DNA from: Enterobacterales bacterium
GTDB taxonomy: Bacteria; Pseudomonadota; Gammaproteobacteria; Enterobacterales; GCA-002770795
Length of the DNA: 64,000 nt
Assembly (NCBI GenBank): GCA_041556195.1
Contig: JBFFIY010000001.1
Span: forward strand, 31,877 to 95,876
Direction of reading: 5' to 3'
This document shows, piece by piece, positions 51,001 through 59,347 of the stretch. The notes beneath the pieces are model-generated. The model worked only from the letters and a program-made list of their open reading frames with translations. It ran no database searches and was not told where the DNA came from. The translations under genes and the position numbers were made by a program. How positions within the stretch are numbered: position 1 is the first letter of the stretch; every line of letters starts with the position of its first letter.

Positions 51001-51906
51001 TCTCAATGGAATGCGGGGGTTGCCTTGACGAGTTGGATCCGAGTGCTTCAACGTTATTTTAAAGGAAACAATGAAATTCGTTGGTTGTTGGATACTTGCC
51101 CACTAACCAGTCCTTTTTTATCACGTTCAGGAAGCGGTTTTCTTCATGCTCAGCTAAGTGAAAAACCCTATATCAAAGTGTTGGGTTACGTTAAATCACT
51201 TATTGAGGATGATGCAAAAAAGGATGCTGCAAAAGAGGATGATGCAGAAAAAGATGATAAAAAAGAACCCGCACTCATAAGAAGTGCCCAACAATTTAGG
51301 AAAATGAATGTTGCCATATTAGAGCTTTGGAAAAAAGAATCTAGCTGGGGCTCACCTACAAATCCTACACGAGAAGAGGCTAATATTTTTGCGAAAGAGA
51401 TCATTAATAATTTGCTTGGTATTGGTAGTAAACCTGGAGCAGAAAAAGAAAGGCTGGAAAAAATTTTTGGTAGTCAGAACTATTTGAAATTTTTTGATGA
51501 AAAAATACAGAATAATGAAAAAAATCTAAAATATTTTATTAGATTGTTAGATATTGCTAAAAATGTAAAGCTTTCACTGAAAAAACACAATAAGAATACC
51601 GAAGAGTACAATGATAGCTTCAATGAGCATTATAAACGGAGTTTATTGGATTCTTTTAATCCAAGAGTTGTGGAATCAGGTATCAAAACAGATTCTGATA
51701 TGGGGGATCAAATAATTGATAGTGCCAATGATGTTCTTGACAGAAAATCTGTCTGTTTTGAACTGGCCAATATGATCCTACAGTATTTGAAGGTATCCAC
51801 ACATGCATCTGCAGCCAGTTTGTTTTATCAGATCCCTCGTGTGCGACGCAGTGATTTCTTTGATGAAGAAAAGAAGAAAGAAGCGGATAGTGAAACACAA
51901 CAATGA
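48097..51906 (+). CDS. rdrA: RdrA-like large P-loop ATPase (RADAR ATPase component), unusually long with K/E/D-rich insertions
   Basis: AAGGAG SD. Walker A FSPAGSGKSS (48304-48327). Walker B VVLLPVDDLD (48730-48759). 1269 aa. ATGA overlap with the downstream deaminase gene. Confidence 0.7.
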   Translation: MGNNAKGPKIVLDRSRRSRAFGDDERLWKDDLKRLVDMIKTHVDSLDSKVSEKKDEITDEKPTLAIAIFSPAGSGKSSLLKTLVYEAQKEFKNKQENLKNVSSLDILQPARFGDNGQLVYAMVAAGLKAHKEKRGEDLDYDVLTPLLKKYRALSDDLRIIRGDKISDNLESHELTTEVVLRHTSGLNIGKKIEAFVNALADDLNSESNNNSVVLLPVDDLDLDPEQLIKGLSQLQAYLRHPRLVPVFCFTDGLAEDILSNHYIQSLKSADRKRRNNGQMEASEQLAIQYLSKCFPVRTRLRLGAVPASLQTGQLKKNTSGEEQEQVLHLLLAASFLLFGVSDREARHPVRAVLRPSTVRRQFHIIDSLEQAGVKKLICQQIIKSYDSNSPSYNELKKSLKFTRKYPWVNYFDRAVWGVLNVHRDVIQEYGMQMEDLYSWSPSALRRVLLDALLELPDKIQFGLWRRWRNMTDSRHNQVISLLAANTHRPWLIGERPSGEDYSQLMIAKQEKNGEDPNKIYGTIDAYLALLWFVNLTLGFYLPLNRSVFRELRESKHNKEHLGATGWSLHNAAIQAIQTADEDREFFPTGMLFLDSISYATALTTTPRMNACYILDGVITECAEEKLSLKKAKIEILSRRTNALLGEYKKNPADAIASFTKKLSLKTKKTDKWLEGVIEEALEAYKVAADFEIKGKLTEEEEKTDKKVNKSTSYKKIETLVETYLKKHEYTKAYGFIKEELDEDGDITSSEKEIIKKELIELKTRVTSLKATARMVHDDQFLLRVWTCHGYNRGRFWAAVSLWRGLGLIGELIESHRKWQSENSDKKKSDKQDDSTTEGSDKKATPDEIMVKNIIGILHSHSLKGLVPGKGLSEPSSRRDTLELAFPRWNTKNQRDAILRLAARLKNWLDSASEFKVAPLQQNSQESKLDWGQCFIRRLQGEYIAGSLWQWLDVEHFEYQGDQYNKNRRSQWNAGVALTSWIRVLQRYFKGNNEIRWLLDTCPLTSPFLSRSGSGFLHAQLSEKPYIKVLGYVKSLIEDDAKKDAAKEDDAEKDDKKEPALIRSAQQFRKMNVAILELWKKESSWGSPTNPTREEANIFAKEIINNLLGIGSKPGAEKERLEKIFGSQNYLKFFDEKIQNNEKNLKYFIRLLDIAKNVKLSLKKHNKNTEEYNDSFNEHYKRSLLDSFNPRVVESGIKTDSDMGDQIIDSANDVLDRKSVCFELANMILQYLKVSTHASAASLFYQIPRVRRSDFFDEEKKKEADSETQQ

Positions 51907-54827
51907 GCCGTTCTGAATTACCCCTCAAAGTTTTGAGTTTATTAGGGCCTATTTTATCCTGGGTGGAAGGGAGTGCAGCAACAGCAGTGCCCGAAGCATG
52001 GAAGGATAAAATTAGCAATGACAATATTAGAAGCCTAGCTTTTCAGTCTGATAATCAGCTCATCAGTTCATTGCAACAACGAGCCTGGTTGTTGCATGAA
52101 TTACCGACTTACTCCCTGGATAATGTGGATGAAATTATGGCTCTGTCTGGTCGGCCTAAGCCTTCTATGCCCGACAGTGCTCTATGGCTGCCGCTAAATA
52201 AGCAACTCAATCCTCCAACTGATTATAATTTGATTAATGTATTTCACCAATTAGCTCAGCGCTATCTTTGTTGGAATGGCAGTGAGGTAGTGATTAAAGG
52301 AAAGCACGTAATAGAGCTGCATGCACTTGGTTTACGTATGCCGCTTTCATTTATGGTGCAACATTTTTATGCTTGCTCGGTTGCCAGTGGAGAAAAAAAA
52401 CTGGAAGATGTTTCTGCATTGATTGAATCCATTAATCTGCTTTCTTCAAATTCAAGATCTATAAGTAATGTTATCAATAAGGGGCTCAGTGAGGGGCATC
52501 TTCATCTCAATTCAATCCATGCAACTGAAAATTCCTGGGCGGATCACCTGCTACTACCGATAGACACTCGGCCTAAACAATTCAGCGTAGTCGATTGGCG
52601 TTTATTGCGTTTTGGACGTGCGGTGGCTCGGACTCTGGCACTGGCAACTACTCTGGTTCGTGCTAATATTGAGATTTCTGCACAGGATGGTATAGCAATC
52701 CATAATGCTTTGGACAACATGTATTGTGCGAAAGATTTATCTTCAATGGAGGAATTTGAGCGACAACATCAAATATATTTTGATAATATCGTTCAAGATC
52801 CAAAGTTTTTTGGTGACTTAAGCTCAGTTGATAATTTGCCTGATGGGGAGTTTTTTTCAGACGGTTTTTCCAGAAGAAAGGTTAAAGGTCAGCGTTTCGG
52901 GTTATTTTATTGGCTGGATCCCTGGCGTCAAACAAACTGGCCAGTTTTTAATGATAACTCGAAGTACCCTAAGCTAAATAATTCCAATAAACGTAGGCGC
53001 TTTATTTCTAATTTGCATTTAGTTAGCCATTTGGCACTTTTACAAACCCCGCCAATAACGCATACCTGTGACAACTCTCATGATCAACATGATACAAAAA
53101 ACCATGCTACAGGCCGTTTTTTACACCGTTCGTTGTTCAGATATCTGATTGCGCAAACTCATCACTGGCAACAGGCTGTACAACAGGGACGAACCACTGG
53201 TTTACGTAATTTCAAAGTCTATTTTGATAGTAATCAACGAAACCCAATAGAGCCTACTGTCAGAGAAAATGCCGAGGCAGTCTTTAAGCAGATCAGCCAT
53301 TGGCAAGGTCTTGATGTGCTGGAAGGCCGAGTTAGCCCTCCCAGGATTCCAGCCAAAGATCTGCTTCCCTGGATCCAGGAATTTGTCAGAAAAATCAAAA
53401 ATGGGAATAAAATAAAAAAATTTGGCTTAGTGATTCATTTTATCAAAGACGAGGAACCCAAAAGTCATCGAGACGATTCATCAATACGGCTGGCTAGGTA
53501 TGGTTTATTACGTAAGAGATATCGGAGTGAAGCATTCCATCTTTATCATATTTTAAAAAAATCTTCTGTAGAAAATCCATTTATTGTTGGTATAGATGCT
53601 GCCAATCTTGAACTTGCAACACCTCCCGAAGTGTTTGCTCCTATATTTCGTTTTTTACGTGATGAGCCCATAGAAATACTTCGGCCTCAACGATTTGATA
53701 GTAATTTTGGAGATAACAAAAAGCTTCATTTGGCGATTAAACATTTGGTGCGACACAGGCATCTTGGTATGACTTATCACGTTGGTGAAGAATTCAGACA
53801 TATTTTATCAGGACTCAGAGCAATCGATGAAGTTTTAGAGTTCCTTAATCCCCGATCTGGTGACAGGATTGGGCATGGGATAGCTTTAGGATTAGAGCCA
53901 AAAGTATGGTTAGAGCAAACAGGATATCAGGCACTGATGCCTAAGCAGGAGTGGCTCGATACCCTCGTCTGGATTTTCCATTATCTGGGTTCGGGTGACG
54001 AACAGGTTAAAAGCTTAAATATAGAATATGAAATTGAGCGCCTTGCACGGGAGATTTATCAGCATGGAGGCGAGGATTCAAAAAACTCCATTAACCCTCA
54101 TTTATTATGGAATGCCTGGCTTCTTCGGCAACTTGATCCTGGATCTATTTACCTGGACGAAAAACTCAATAGTTTCCAATTTCAACCTTTAACTGGAGTA
54201 GATGCCGAAGCCTGGCGGTGGAACCGTATTACAAACAAAATAGTTAATGAAATTAATGAAAAAGTAGGAAATAATCCACCTTCTAAGCTTTTGAGCCAGT
54301 ACTGGTGTGATGCTAAAGTACGAGCCGCAGGTAACAAATTATGTCTGATTGATATGGAAGATGAGTCTGAGAATTGGCTTGAAATATGCCGAAAAGCACA
54401 AAAAATAATGCAAAATCGAGTGATTAAGCGTCAAATGGTTGTAGAAGTAAATCCATCATCTAACTTTAGTATCGGATCGATGAGTCGTTTTACAGAACAT
54501 CCTATTTTTAATATGGTATTTGATCACGAGGGAAATTGGCAACGCCGTTTGCGAGTTACTATCAACACAGATAACCCTGGAACTGCCAATACAAGTCTAT
54601 CCCATGAATATTATTTGCTGGGAGAGGCTCTCATGGGCATGGGACGACCTGAAAGCGAGGTCCTTGAATGGCTTGAATGGTTACGTCAATGTGGAGAAGA
54701 GAGCTCGTTTGTTCGCCACTTGCCAGAAATTGAGCACTGGGCTATGAAGACTGTTGTTGCTGAAATCAGAAAAACATTTCCAGGAAAGGATGGTATCTTT
54801 AAATGGTATAAATCAGAAAATAAATAA
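51903..54827 (+). CDS. rdrB: RdrB-like divergent adenosine deaminase (RADAR effector)
   Basis: All ADA-fold motifs in the canonical order: GHLHLN (HxH, 52497-52505), YHVGEE (53778-53789), DRIGHG (53862-53879), VNPSSN (54447-54464), NTDNPG (54564-54581). 974 aa. Confidence 0.75.
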   Translation: MSRSELPLKVLSLLGPILSWVEGSAATAVPEAWKDKISNDNIRSLAFQSDNQLISSLQQRAWLLHELPTYSLDNVDEIMALSGRPKPSMPDSALWLPLNKQLNPPTDYNLINVFHQLAQRYLCWNGSEVVIKGKHVIELHALGLRMPLSFMVQHFYACSVASGEKKLEDVSALIESINLLSSNSRSISNVINKGLSEGHLHLNSIHATENSWADHLLLPIDTRPKQFSVVDWRLLRFGRAVARTLALATTLVRANIEISAQDGIAIHNALDNMYCAKDLSSMEEFERQHQIYFDNIVQDPKFFGDLSSVDNLPDGEFFSDGFSRRKVKGQRFGLFYWLDPWRQTNWPVFNDNSKYPKLNNSNKRRRFISNLHLVSHLALLQTPPITHTCDNSHDQHDTKNHATGRFLHRSLFRYLIAQTHHWQQAVQQGRTTGLRNFKVYFDSNQRNPIEPTVRENAEAVFKQISHWQGLDVLEGRVSPPRIPAKDLLPWIQEFVRKIKNGNKIKKFGLVIHFIKDEEPKSHRDDSSIRLARYGLLRKRYRSEAFHLYHILKKSSVENPFIVGIDAANLELATPPEVFAPIFRFLRDEPIEILRPQRFDSNFGDNKKLHLAIKHLVRHRHLGMTYHVGEEFRHILSGLRAIDEVLEFLNPRSGDRIGHGIALGLEPKVWLEQTGYQALMPKQEWLDTLVWIFHYLGSGDEQVKSLNIEYEIERLAREIYQHGGEDSKNSINPHLLWNAWLLRQLDPGSIYLDEKLNSFQFQPLTGVDAEAWRWNRITNKIVNEINEKVGNNPPSKLLSQYWCDAKVRAAGNKLCLIDMEDESENWLEICRKAQKIMQNRVIKRQMVVEVNPSSNFSIGSMSRFTEHPIFNMVFDHEGNWQRRLRVTINTDNPGTANTSLSHEYYLLGEALMGMGRPESEVLEWLEWLRQCGEESSFVRHLPEIEHWAMKTVVAEIRKTFPGKDGIFKWYKSENK

Positions 54828-54911
54828 GATGGTAAGACTGCACAATATTTTTGGGTATCTATATATCTATAGTTTATATAGTGCTTATTTCAAAATATCA
54901 TCAAAATAACT

Positions 54912-55199
54912 ACAAGCAACATTTAATGAATTGATACGTCATTAACATGCTTAGTAGCAATTAACCCCCATTTATTGGTTTTAAGGAAAAAACATGAATC
55001 CAGATCTTACAAAAATAGGACGTTTTGATTGTTCATTTATAATAGTTATGATCAGGGATTTTTCCTGGTATTACTAGCAGTTGTGTTGTTTGAACTGGGC
55101 CTGCGATTTGTCATAGTTCTCTATGAATTTAACTACCCTCAGCAAAAAGAGACAGCCCAAATAGCCGAAGATCTGGCAGTAGATGTAGTTAATATTATG
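54912..55199 (+). repeat. Direct repeat, copy 1 (~288 bp): diverged duplicate of the promoter and 5' end of the 59429 gene
   Basis: Aligns with 59348-59635 at roughly 85-90% identity by manual alignment, including a 50-nt perfect core ttgtttgaactgggcctgcgatttgtcatagttctctatgaatttaacta. Confidence 0.9.
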
Positions 55200-55334
55200 G
55201 CTAATAAAAAATCCAATTCAAGTCCGGATTCAACTATAACAACACCAGCGATGCGCATTGGATTGGCGGACCAAGTTTTTGACGGAAGTGGTATATTAAA
55301 CTTCAACCTATATAAGAAAATTTTAAGTGTTTAA
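54994..55334 (+). pseudogene. Frameshifted, 3'-truncated fragment of the HAMP-domain gene (paralogous to 59429-60652)
   Basis: ATG 54994 gives MNPDLTKIGRFDCSFIIVMIRDFSWYY*. A T5 run versus T6 in the intact copy shifts the frame. The homologous frame continues as track ORF 55029-55334, then diverges after ..VDVVNIM. Confidence 0.8.
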
Positions 55335-55644
55335 TAAAAATATAAGAGGGATTCAAATGAATACTGGGGATTATAAAAAATACATCAAGGGAATCTTTGA
55401 TAATGTCTTTGTTTATAGCTTAATTGACACATTTTTCACCATACTTTATGCCAATTCATAATTGGGGGGGTAATATTTCTGTATACATTTGCAATTGGTG
55501 ATAGCTCGTTAATACGGGAAAAGCACATCTTAGTATCAGTTCAAATTTTTCTTGGTATTTATTTTTTTGTGATTTCAATTACTTCTCTTAACGCTTATAT
55601 AAAGTTTAAAAGGAACTTTGGAACCTCAAAGCAGGAATGAACCA

Positions 55645-58221
55645 ATGTTTGAACATATAAAGCAGGCACTGGAAAGAGAGGCTACTAGAGAAAGTCAGCA
55701 GGTAATCGACTCGATGAAAAACAGTGACTATCTCGCGATTTCCCATCACATTTCTTCTTTAATAATCGCTATTGTAGCTTTTTGTTTGATCGTGACAGCT
55801 GTGAGCATTTCAAGCCAAAAGGGTAGTGGCTCAGTCATCGGTTATGGATTGCTGCTAGTTGCTGCATTATTAGTTCTATTTCATGAAGCTAATAAGCGAA
55901 GAGTTAGTTATATAAACAAATATGCTTATCTAATTATCAGGATTAAGTGTTTTTGGATAAGACATTGGTATGCTGATTATTTAGCTAAGTATTTTTGGGT
56001 TAGTTTCGCTTTACTAATAATTATATTGGGAGCATTGCTACTGACACATGTTACAGGACAGAACGGGTGGGTTTTGCCAGAAGTTTATCAAGGTGAAAAA
56101 TTTTCTTCGTCAGTAAATATGGTCATAACTACCGCATCTGGGCTGCTCGCGGCTCAAATAGCTCTGTTTAGTTTCATGATGCAGCAAGTGCTAAGTAAAT
56201 ATTCTGGAGTTGTCGCTCAAACCGTTGCTAGCCATAGAGTATTTAAATTGCTAGCTCTTTTTCCTGCCTTAGGGTTATTAATTCCATTTGTGCTGCATAA
56301 CTTTGGTGCTCCTAAGTCGATTGAAAGTCAAATACTGCCAGTCATTGGTTTCATGTTGTTCTTAGGCCTTTTATTAACAGTCATGGTAGCCAAATCAGGA
56401 TTGAGTGAAAATCTTACCATTAGATACTTTGGTGTAGCCTCGTCAAATAAGCTTGTTAAAGCAATACCAACTCCTCTTAAAATGAATTCAAATTTTGCAA
56501 AGCGTTTGTGGAGGACTTTACATTATTTAGGATTAGATTTTAGAAATAAAGACCGTTTTCAAATTATCAATGTACCAGCAAACGGATCAAATATAACTAT
56601 GGAGTCGTTAAGTGCTGCATTAGGTGTAGCCAATAAGGCAGTAGTAGAAGGACAGCATGATGTCTTCGTTTCCAGTTTGATATCAATAGAAATAATTATG
56701 AAGGCCTATGCTGTTAGGCGAAAATTATATTGCAGCAGTGAAGATGAAGTGTTTATCTACCTGAATTATCAATTTGCCGCGCTAATAGAGTTGACGGCAA
56801 AAATTCCTAATCAATATTTAATATCCAATTTAACTAGTTCAATTGGCAAAACTGCAAAATTAACGTATTGCGTTGGTAACATACCAGAAGAGTTAGTTGA
56901 GGAGCACCATCATGAGAATGCTAATAACTTTGCAACTGCATTATGGATGGGGTTACTAGTCCAAAGCTTTGAACATACGCACACTCTGACCAGGAGCACA
57001 GCTGCACACGCCTCATTAAGACAAATGTCCGAAATAGCAAGCACATCTATTGCTAACAAAGATTCAGACTTAATAACCATTACTTACCTACCTTCAGTAA
57101 AGAAAGTATTTGCACAGTGCGTTGTAAGAATAGCGGACGCATATCATAAAGATCTAGCTGGGCAATGCCTAATAAATTTAATGTCGAATTTGATGAATAT
57201 TACGTTTTATCGAGATTCACTAAGGGGAACACATCAAGACTCTTTTGAAGAGGTATTAAACCATATCACTGAACTATCAAACCTTTATTTAACAGCCGAC
57301 TCAATGGGATCAATAACTCTAAATGACCCATTAAATATAGTCCTTAGCAAAACAGCCGAAAACCAATGTTGCATTCAAGAAGTATTTTTCATGATTGCTA
57401 ATAAAAAAATCAGCAATACTCACTCCTATCGAGTTGCCGTATCCGATATGGAAAAAATTGTTGATGAACTAGCGACTATGGGATGGTTTGCCGTAAATGC
57501 TAATGTATATACATCGGCATATTATTTAGAGGCTCTTTTTGAAATCCTTTATATAGTAACTAGAGGACTACCTAGTAAATTCGAAGAGTTTGATCAACTT
57601 GAAGTGCAGCAAAGAGCCCCGTTCGGGCTACCAGAAAATTCAATATCTACAGAACAAAGGCTGATTGAACATATATGCAATAAGTTAAATGAATTGGCTA
57701 CACTTTTCTATCAGTCACAACGAATGACTATAGATTGGCAACAGTCAGTGTATTCATCAATTGGTATATTGATATTGCGCTATGCCGAATGCCAAGAAGA
57801 ATTTATAAAAAGTAAAATTTCAGAAACAGTTCACATCATATATTCGCTTGTAAGATCTGACATTGAGTCCGGAAATCGGACTCAATACGATAGTGAAAAA
57901 TACCTTCAATTAGCAGCAGCCTGGATGAAATATTATGAAATAGATAATGACCTGACTGTCGAGATTGAAAATTTTCTAGCTAATAACAGAGGATACTATA
58001 GAGGTTATGGCGGCTCGCGGGAAAGGTATGGCTTATTCGGTTACCCAACGTTACAGCACTATGATTTTTACCTATATCCCCTAAAAAACATACGCCATCC
58101 ACAGATAATGTCTGAAGAGCATTGGCAAAATTTTAGAGATTTCGGTAATCGATTAGTAAACGATGATGTTCTTTTGCCGTTTGCTAATAACCTTAGGGAA
58201 ATGGCCGAAAATTTAGCTTAA
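55645..58221 (+). CDS. Large polytopic membrane protein of unknown function (about 6 N-terminal TM helices + ~570-aa helical soluble domain)
   Basis: ATG 55645 (AGGA upstream) is preferred to the track's TTG at 55618. TM helices include LIIAIVAFCLIVTAVSI, VIGYGLLLVAALLVLF, MVITTASGLLAAQIALFSFMM and ILPVIGFMLFLGLLLTVMVA. No catalytic motif recognised. Confidence 0.6.
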   Translation: MFEHIKQALEREATRESQQVIDSMKNSDYLAISHHISSLIIAIVAFCLIVTAVSISSQKGSGSVIGYGLLLVAALLVLFHEANKRRVSYINKYAYLIIRIKCFWIRHWYADYLAKYFWVSFALLIIILGALLLTHVTGQNGWVLPEVYQGEKFSSSVNMVITTASGLLAAQIALFSFMMQQVLSKYSGVVAQTVASHRVFKLLALFPALGLLIPFVLHNFGAPKSIESQILPVIGFMLFLGLLLTVMVAKSGLSENLTIRYFGVASSNKLVKAIPTPLKMNSNFAKRLWRTLHYLGLDFRNKDRFQIINVPANGSNITMESLSAALGVANKAVVEGQHDVFVSSLISIEIIMKAYAVRRKLYCSSEDEVFIYLNYQFAALIELTAKIPNQYLISNLTSSIGKTAKLTYCVGNIPEELVEEHHHENANNFATALWMGLLVQSFEHTHTLTRSTAAHASLRQMSEIASTSIANKDSDLITITYLPSVKKVFAQCVVRIADAYHKDLAGQCLINLMSNLMNITFYRDSLRGTHQDSFEEVLNHITELSNLYLTADSMGSITLNDPLNIVLSKTAENQCCIQEVFFMIANKKISNTHSYRVAVSDMEKIVDELATMGWFAVNANVYTSAYYLEALFEILYIVTRGLPSKFEEFDQLEVQQRAPFGLPENSISTEQRLIEHICNKLNELATLFYQSQRMTIDWQQSVYSSIGILILRYAECQEEFIKSKISETVHIIYSLVRSDIESGNRTQYDSEKYLQLAAAWMKYYEIDNDLTVEIENFLANNRGYYRGYGGSRERYGLFGYPTLQHYDFYLYPLKNIRHPQIMSEEHWQNFRDFGNRLVNDDVLLPFANNLREMAENLA

Positions 58222-58276
58222 CCTACTAAAAAATGAATACTAAATTATACGGCTAGCGAAAGAAGAGTGGATTTTT

Positions 58277-59167
58277 ATGGAATTAGCGACGATTAACAAA
58301 GAATTGGAAATGATCAATAGTGAACTTTCTGAAAGAGACGTACCTATTCATGCGCGTCCAATCCATGCAATTATGGAATTTGGTAAAAAACACAAATTAT
58401 CTCTCCCTATTGTTTCTACTGGAAGATCTTCTGCTGATAATAATTACCCAATTGAAAATGAATATATTACTGATGCCATTCATGCTTGGTATGAAAACAT
58501 GTATTCAGATTCATTAAAAATTGCGCCTGATATTGGAAAAACGCTTGTTCTTGTAAATGGCGACCCAATGGCTATGAGACTTCCATTGATCTATGGACAG
58601 TGTGAGATACAGTGGGATATTATTAAAACGGGGATTACAGGTGCAAAAGGATTTAATAAGGGGCCCAATATTCTAAATGTGATAGATGTTATTGATGGGC
58701 TTACTATTACAATGGCTAAAAATATTAGCCATGATGCAGCAAGAAACATTGTGCATTGGTTTCTTCAATCCTACGAAACACATAACTTTATTACCAATTT
58801 AGACCAGGCATTAGTCAAACAGGCTCTAACAGACTTAAAAGACGCTGTTTCGCATATAACTAGCCAACTTGCTAATTATGGGCAAGCTCGCTGGTCAACC
58901 CTTCAAGCCTGTGAAAAGTTGATGAAAGCCTACATGGTAGATAAAGAAATTCCTTATAGAAACGGTCACTATCTGGAAAAAGTTGCAAAAAATGCTGAAA
59001 TTGATTCTAAAGAAATGCTGTCTTTGTTGCCAGATATTCAATGTCCTGCAAGTGTTAGATATGGAGAAGTAAAACCGACCAAATTAGAGGCAATTAAGGC
59101 ATACCAATCCACAATGGTTTTCTTATCTTACCTGGTAAAAATGTGGCCGGTTAAAGGTTGTACGTAG
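58277..59167 (+). CDS. Unknown protein with a HEPN-like C-terminal domain
   Basis: The C-terminal ~70 aa follow the classic HEPN layout: DLKDA..., QACEKLMKAYM (58904-), GHYLEKVA (58964-), VRYGE (59054-59068). The N-terminal ~190 aa are unrecognised. Confidence 0.5.
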   Translation: MELATINKELEMINSELSERDVPIHARPIHAIMEFGKKHKLSLPIVSTGRSSADNNYPIENEYITDAIHAWYENMYSDSLKIAPDIGKTLVLVNGDPMAMRLPLIYGQCEIQWDIIKTGITGAKGFNKGPNILNVIDVIDGLTITMAKNISHDAARNIVHWFLQSYETHNFITNLDQALVKQALTDLKDAVSHITSQLANYGQARWSTLQACEKLMKAYMVDKEIPYRNGHYLEKVAKNAEIDSKEMLSLLPDIQCPASVRYGEVKPTKLEAIKAYQSTMVFLSYLVKMWPVKGCT

Positions 59168-59310
59168 TAAGTGTTTGTATTTATATAACTAATTGAATGA
59201 ATTTTGATTTGAAATAGTGCTACTTCAAGTAAATATTCGCAATAAAATCAATAAGTTTATAAATTGAAAAAGCCGACGCATAATGCATCAGCTCCAAGTT
59301 CAGTAAATAG

Positions 59311-59336
59311 CCCGCATTCATTGCGGTTTTTTATGT
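59311..59336 (+). terminator. Terminator hairpin, duplicate of the nuoN terminator
   Basis: cccgca ttcat tgcgg + T6. 59312-59339 matches 45986-46013 with 2 mismatches and 1 indel by eye. Confidence 0.7.
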
Positions 59337-59347
59337 CCAAAAAACCA

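Larger units (their letters stand above)
46014..59311. mobile_element. Accessory (defence-type) genomic island between the nuoN terminator and the HAMP gene. No integrase or transposase is visible
   Basis: Flank homology breaks at tatgcca|gtaaaag (about 46014) and resumes at caaaataactacaagcaac (about 54903). Content is TA + RADAR-like + unknown cassette. A second terminator copy lies at 59312. Confidence 0.6.

Noticed and set aside
55029-55334. Track ORF of 101 aa treated as an independent gene
   Set aside because: Its first ~57 codons are the frameshifted continuation of the duplicated 5' end of the 59429 gene, and it begins at TTG inside that fragment. It is better described as part of pseudogene 54994-55334.
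55357-55640. Small membrane-protein-like ORF (MNTGDYKKYIKGIFDNVFVYSLIDTFFTILYANS*) plus a downstream hydrophobic frame, with a G7 tract at 55464-55470 suggesting phase variation
   Set aside because: The TAA stop (55459-55461) lies before the G7 tract, so slippage in the tract cannot fuse the frames. The second frame also has no start codon. It is possibly a decayed gene belonging to cassette 2, but this is not supportable as a feature.
46014-59311. Search for an integrase, transposase, IS ends or tRNA-linked att site that would define the island as a classical mobile element
   Set aside because: No ORF in the island shows tyrosine or serine recombinase or DDE motifs that I can recognise. The only repeats are host-derived (terminator and 5' gene segment). 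It is therefore described as a hotspot insertion rather than an ICE, prophage or IS.
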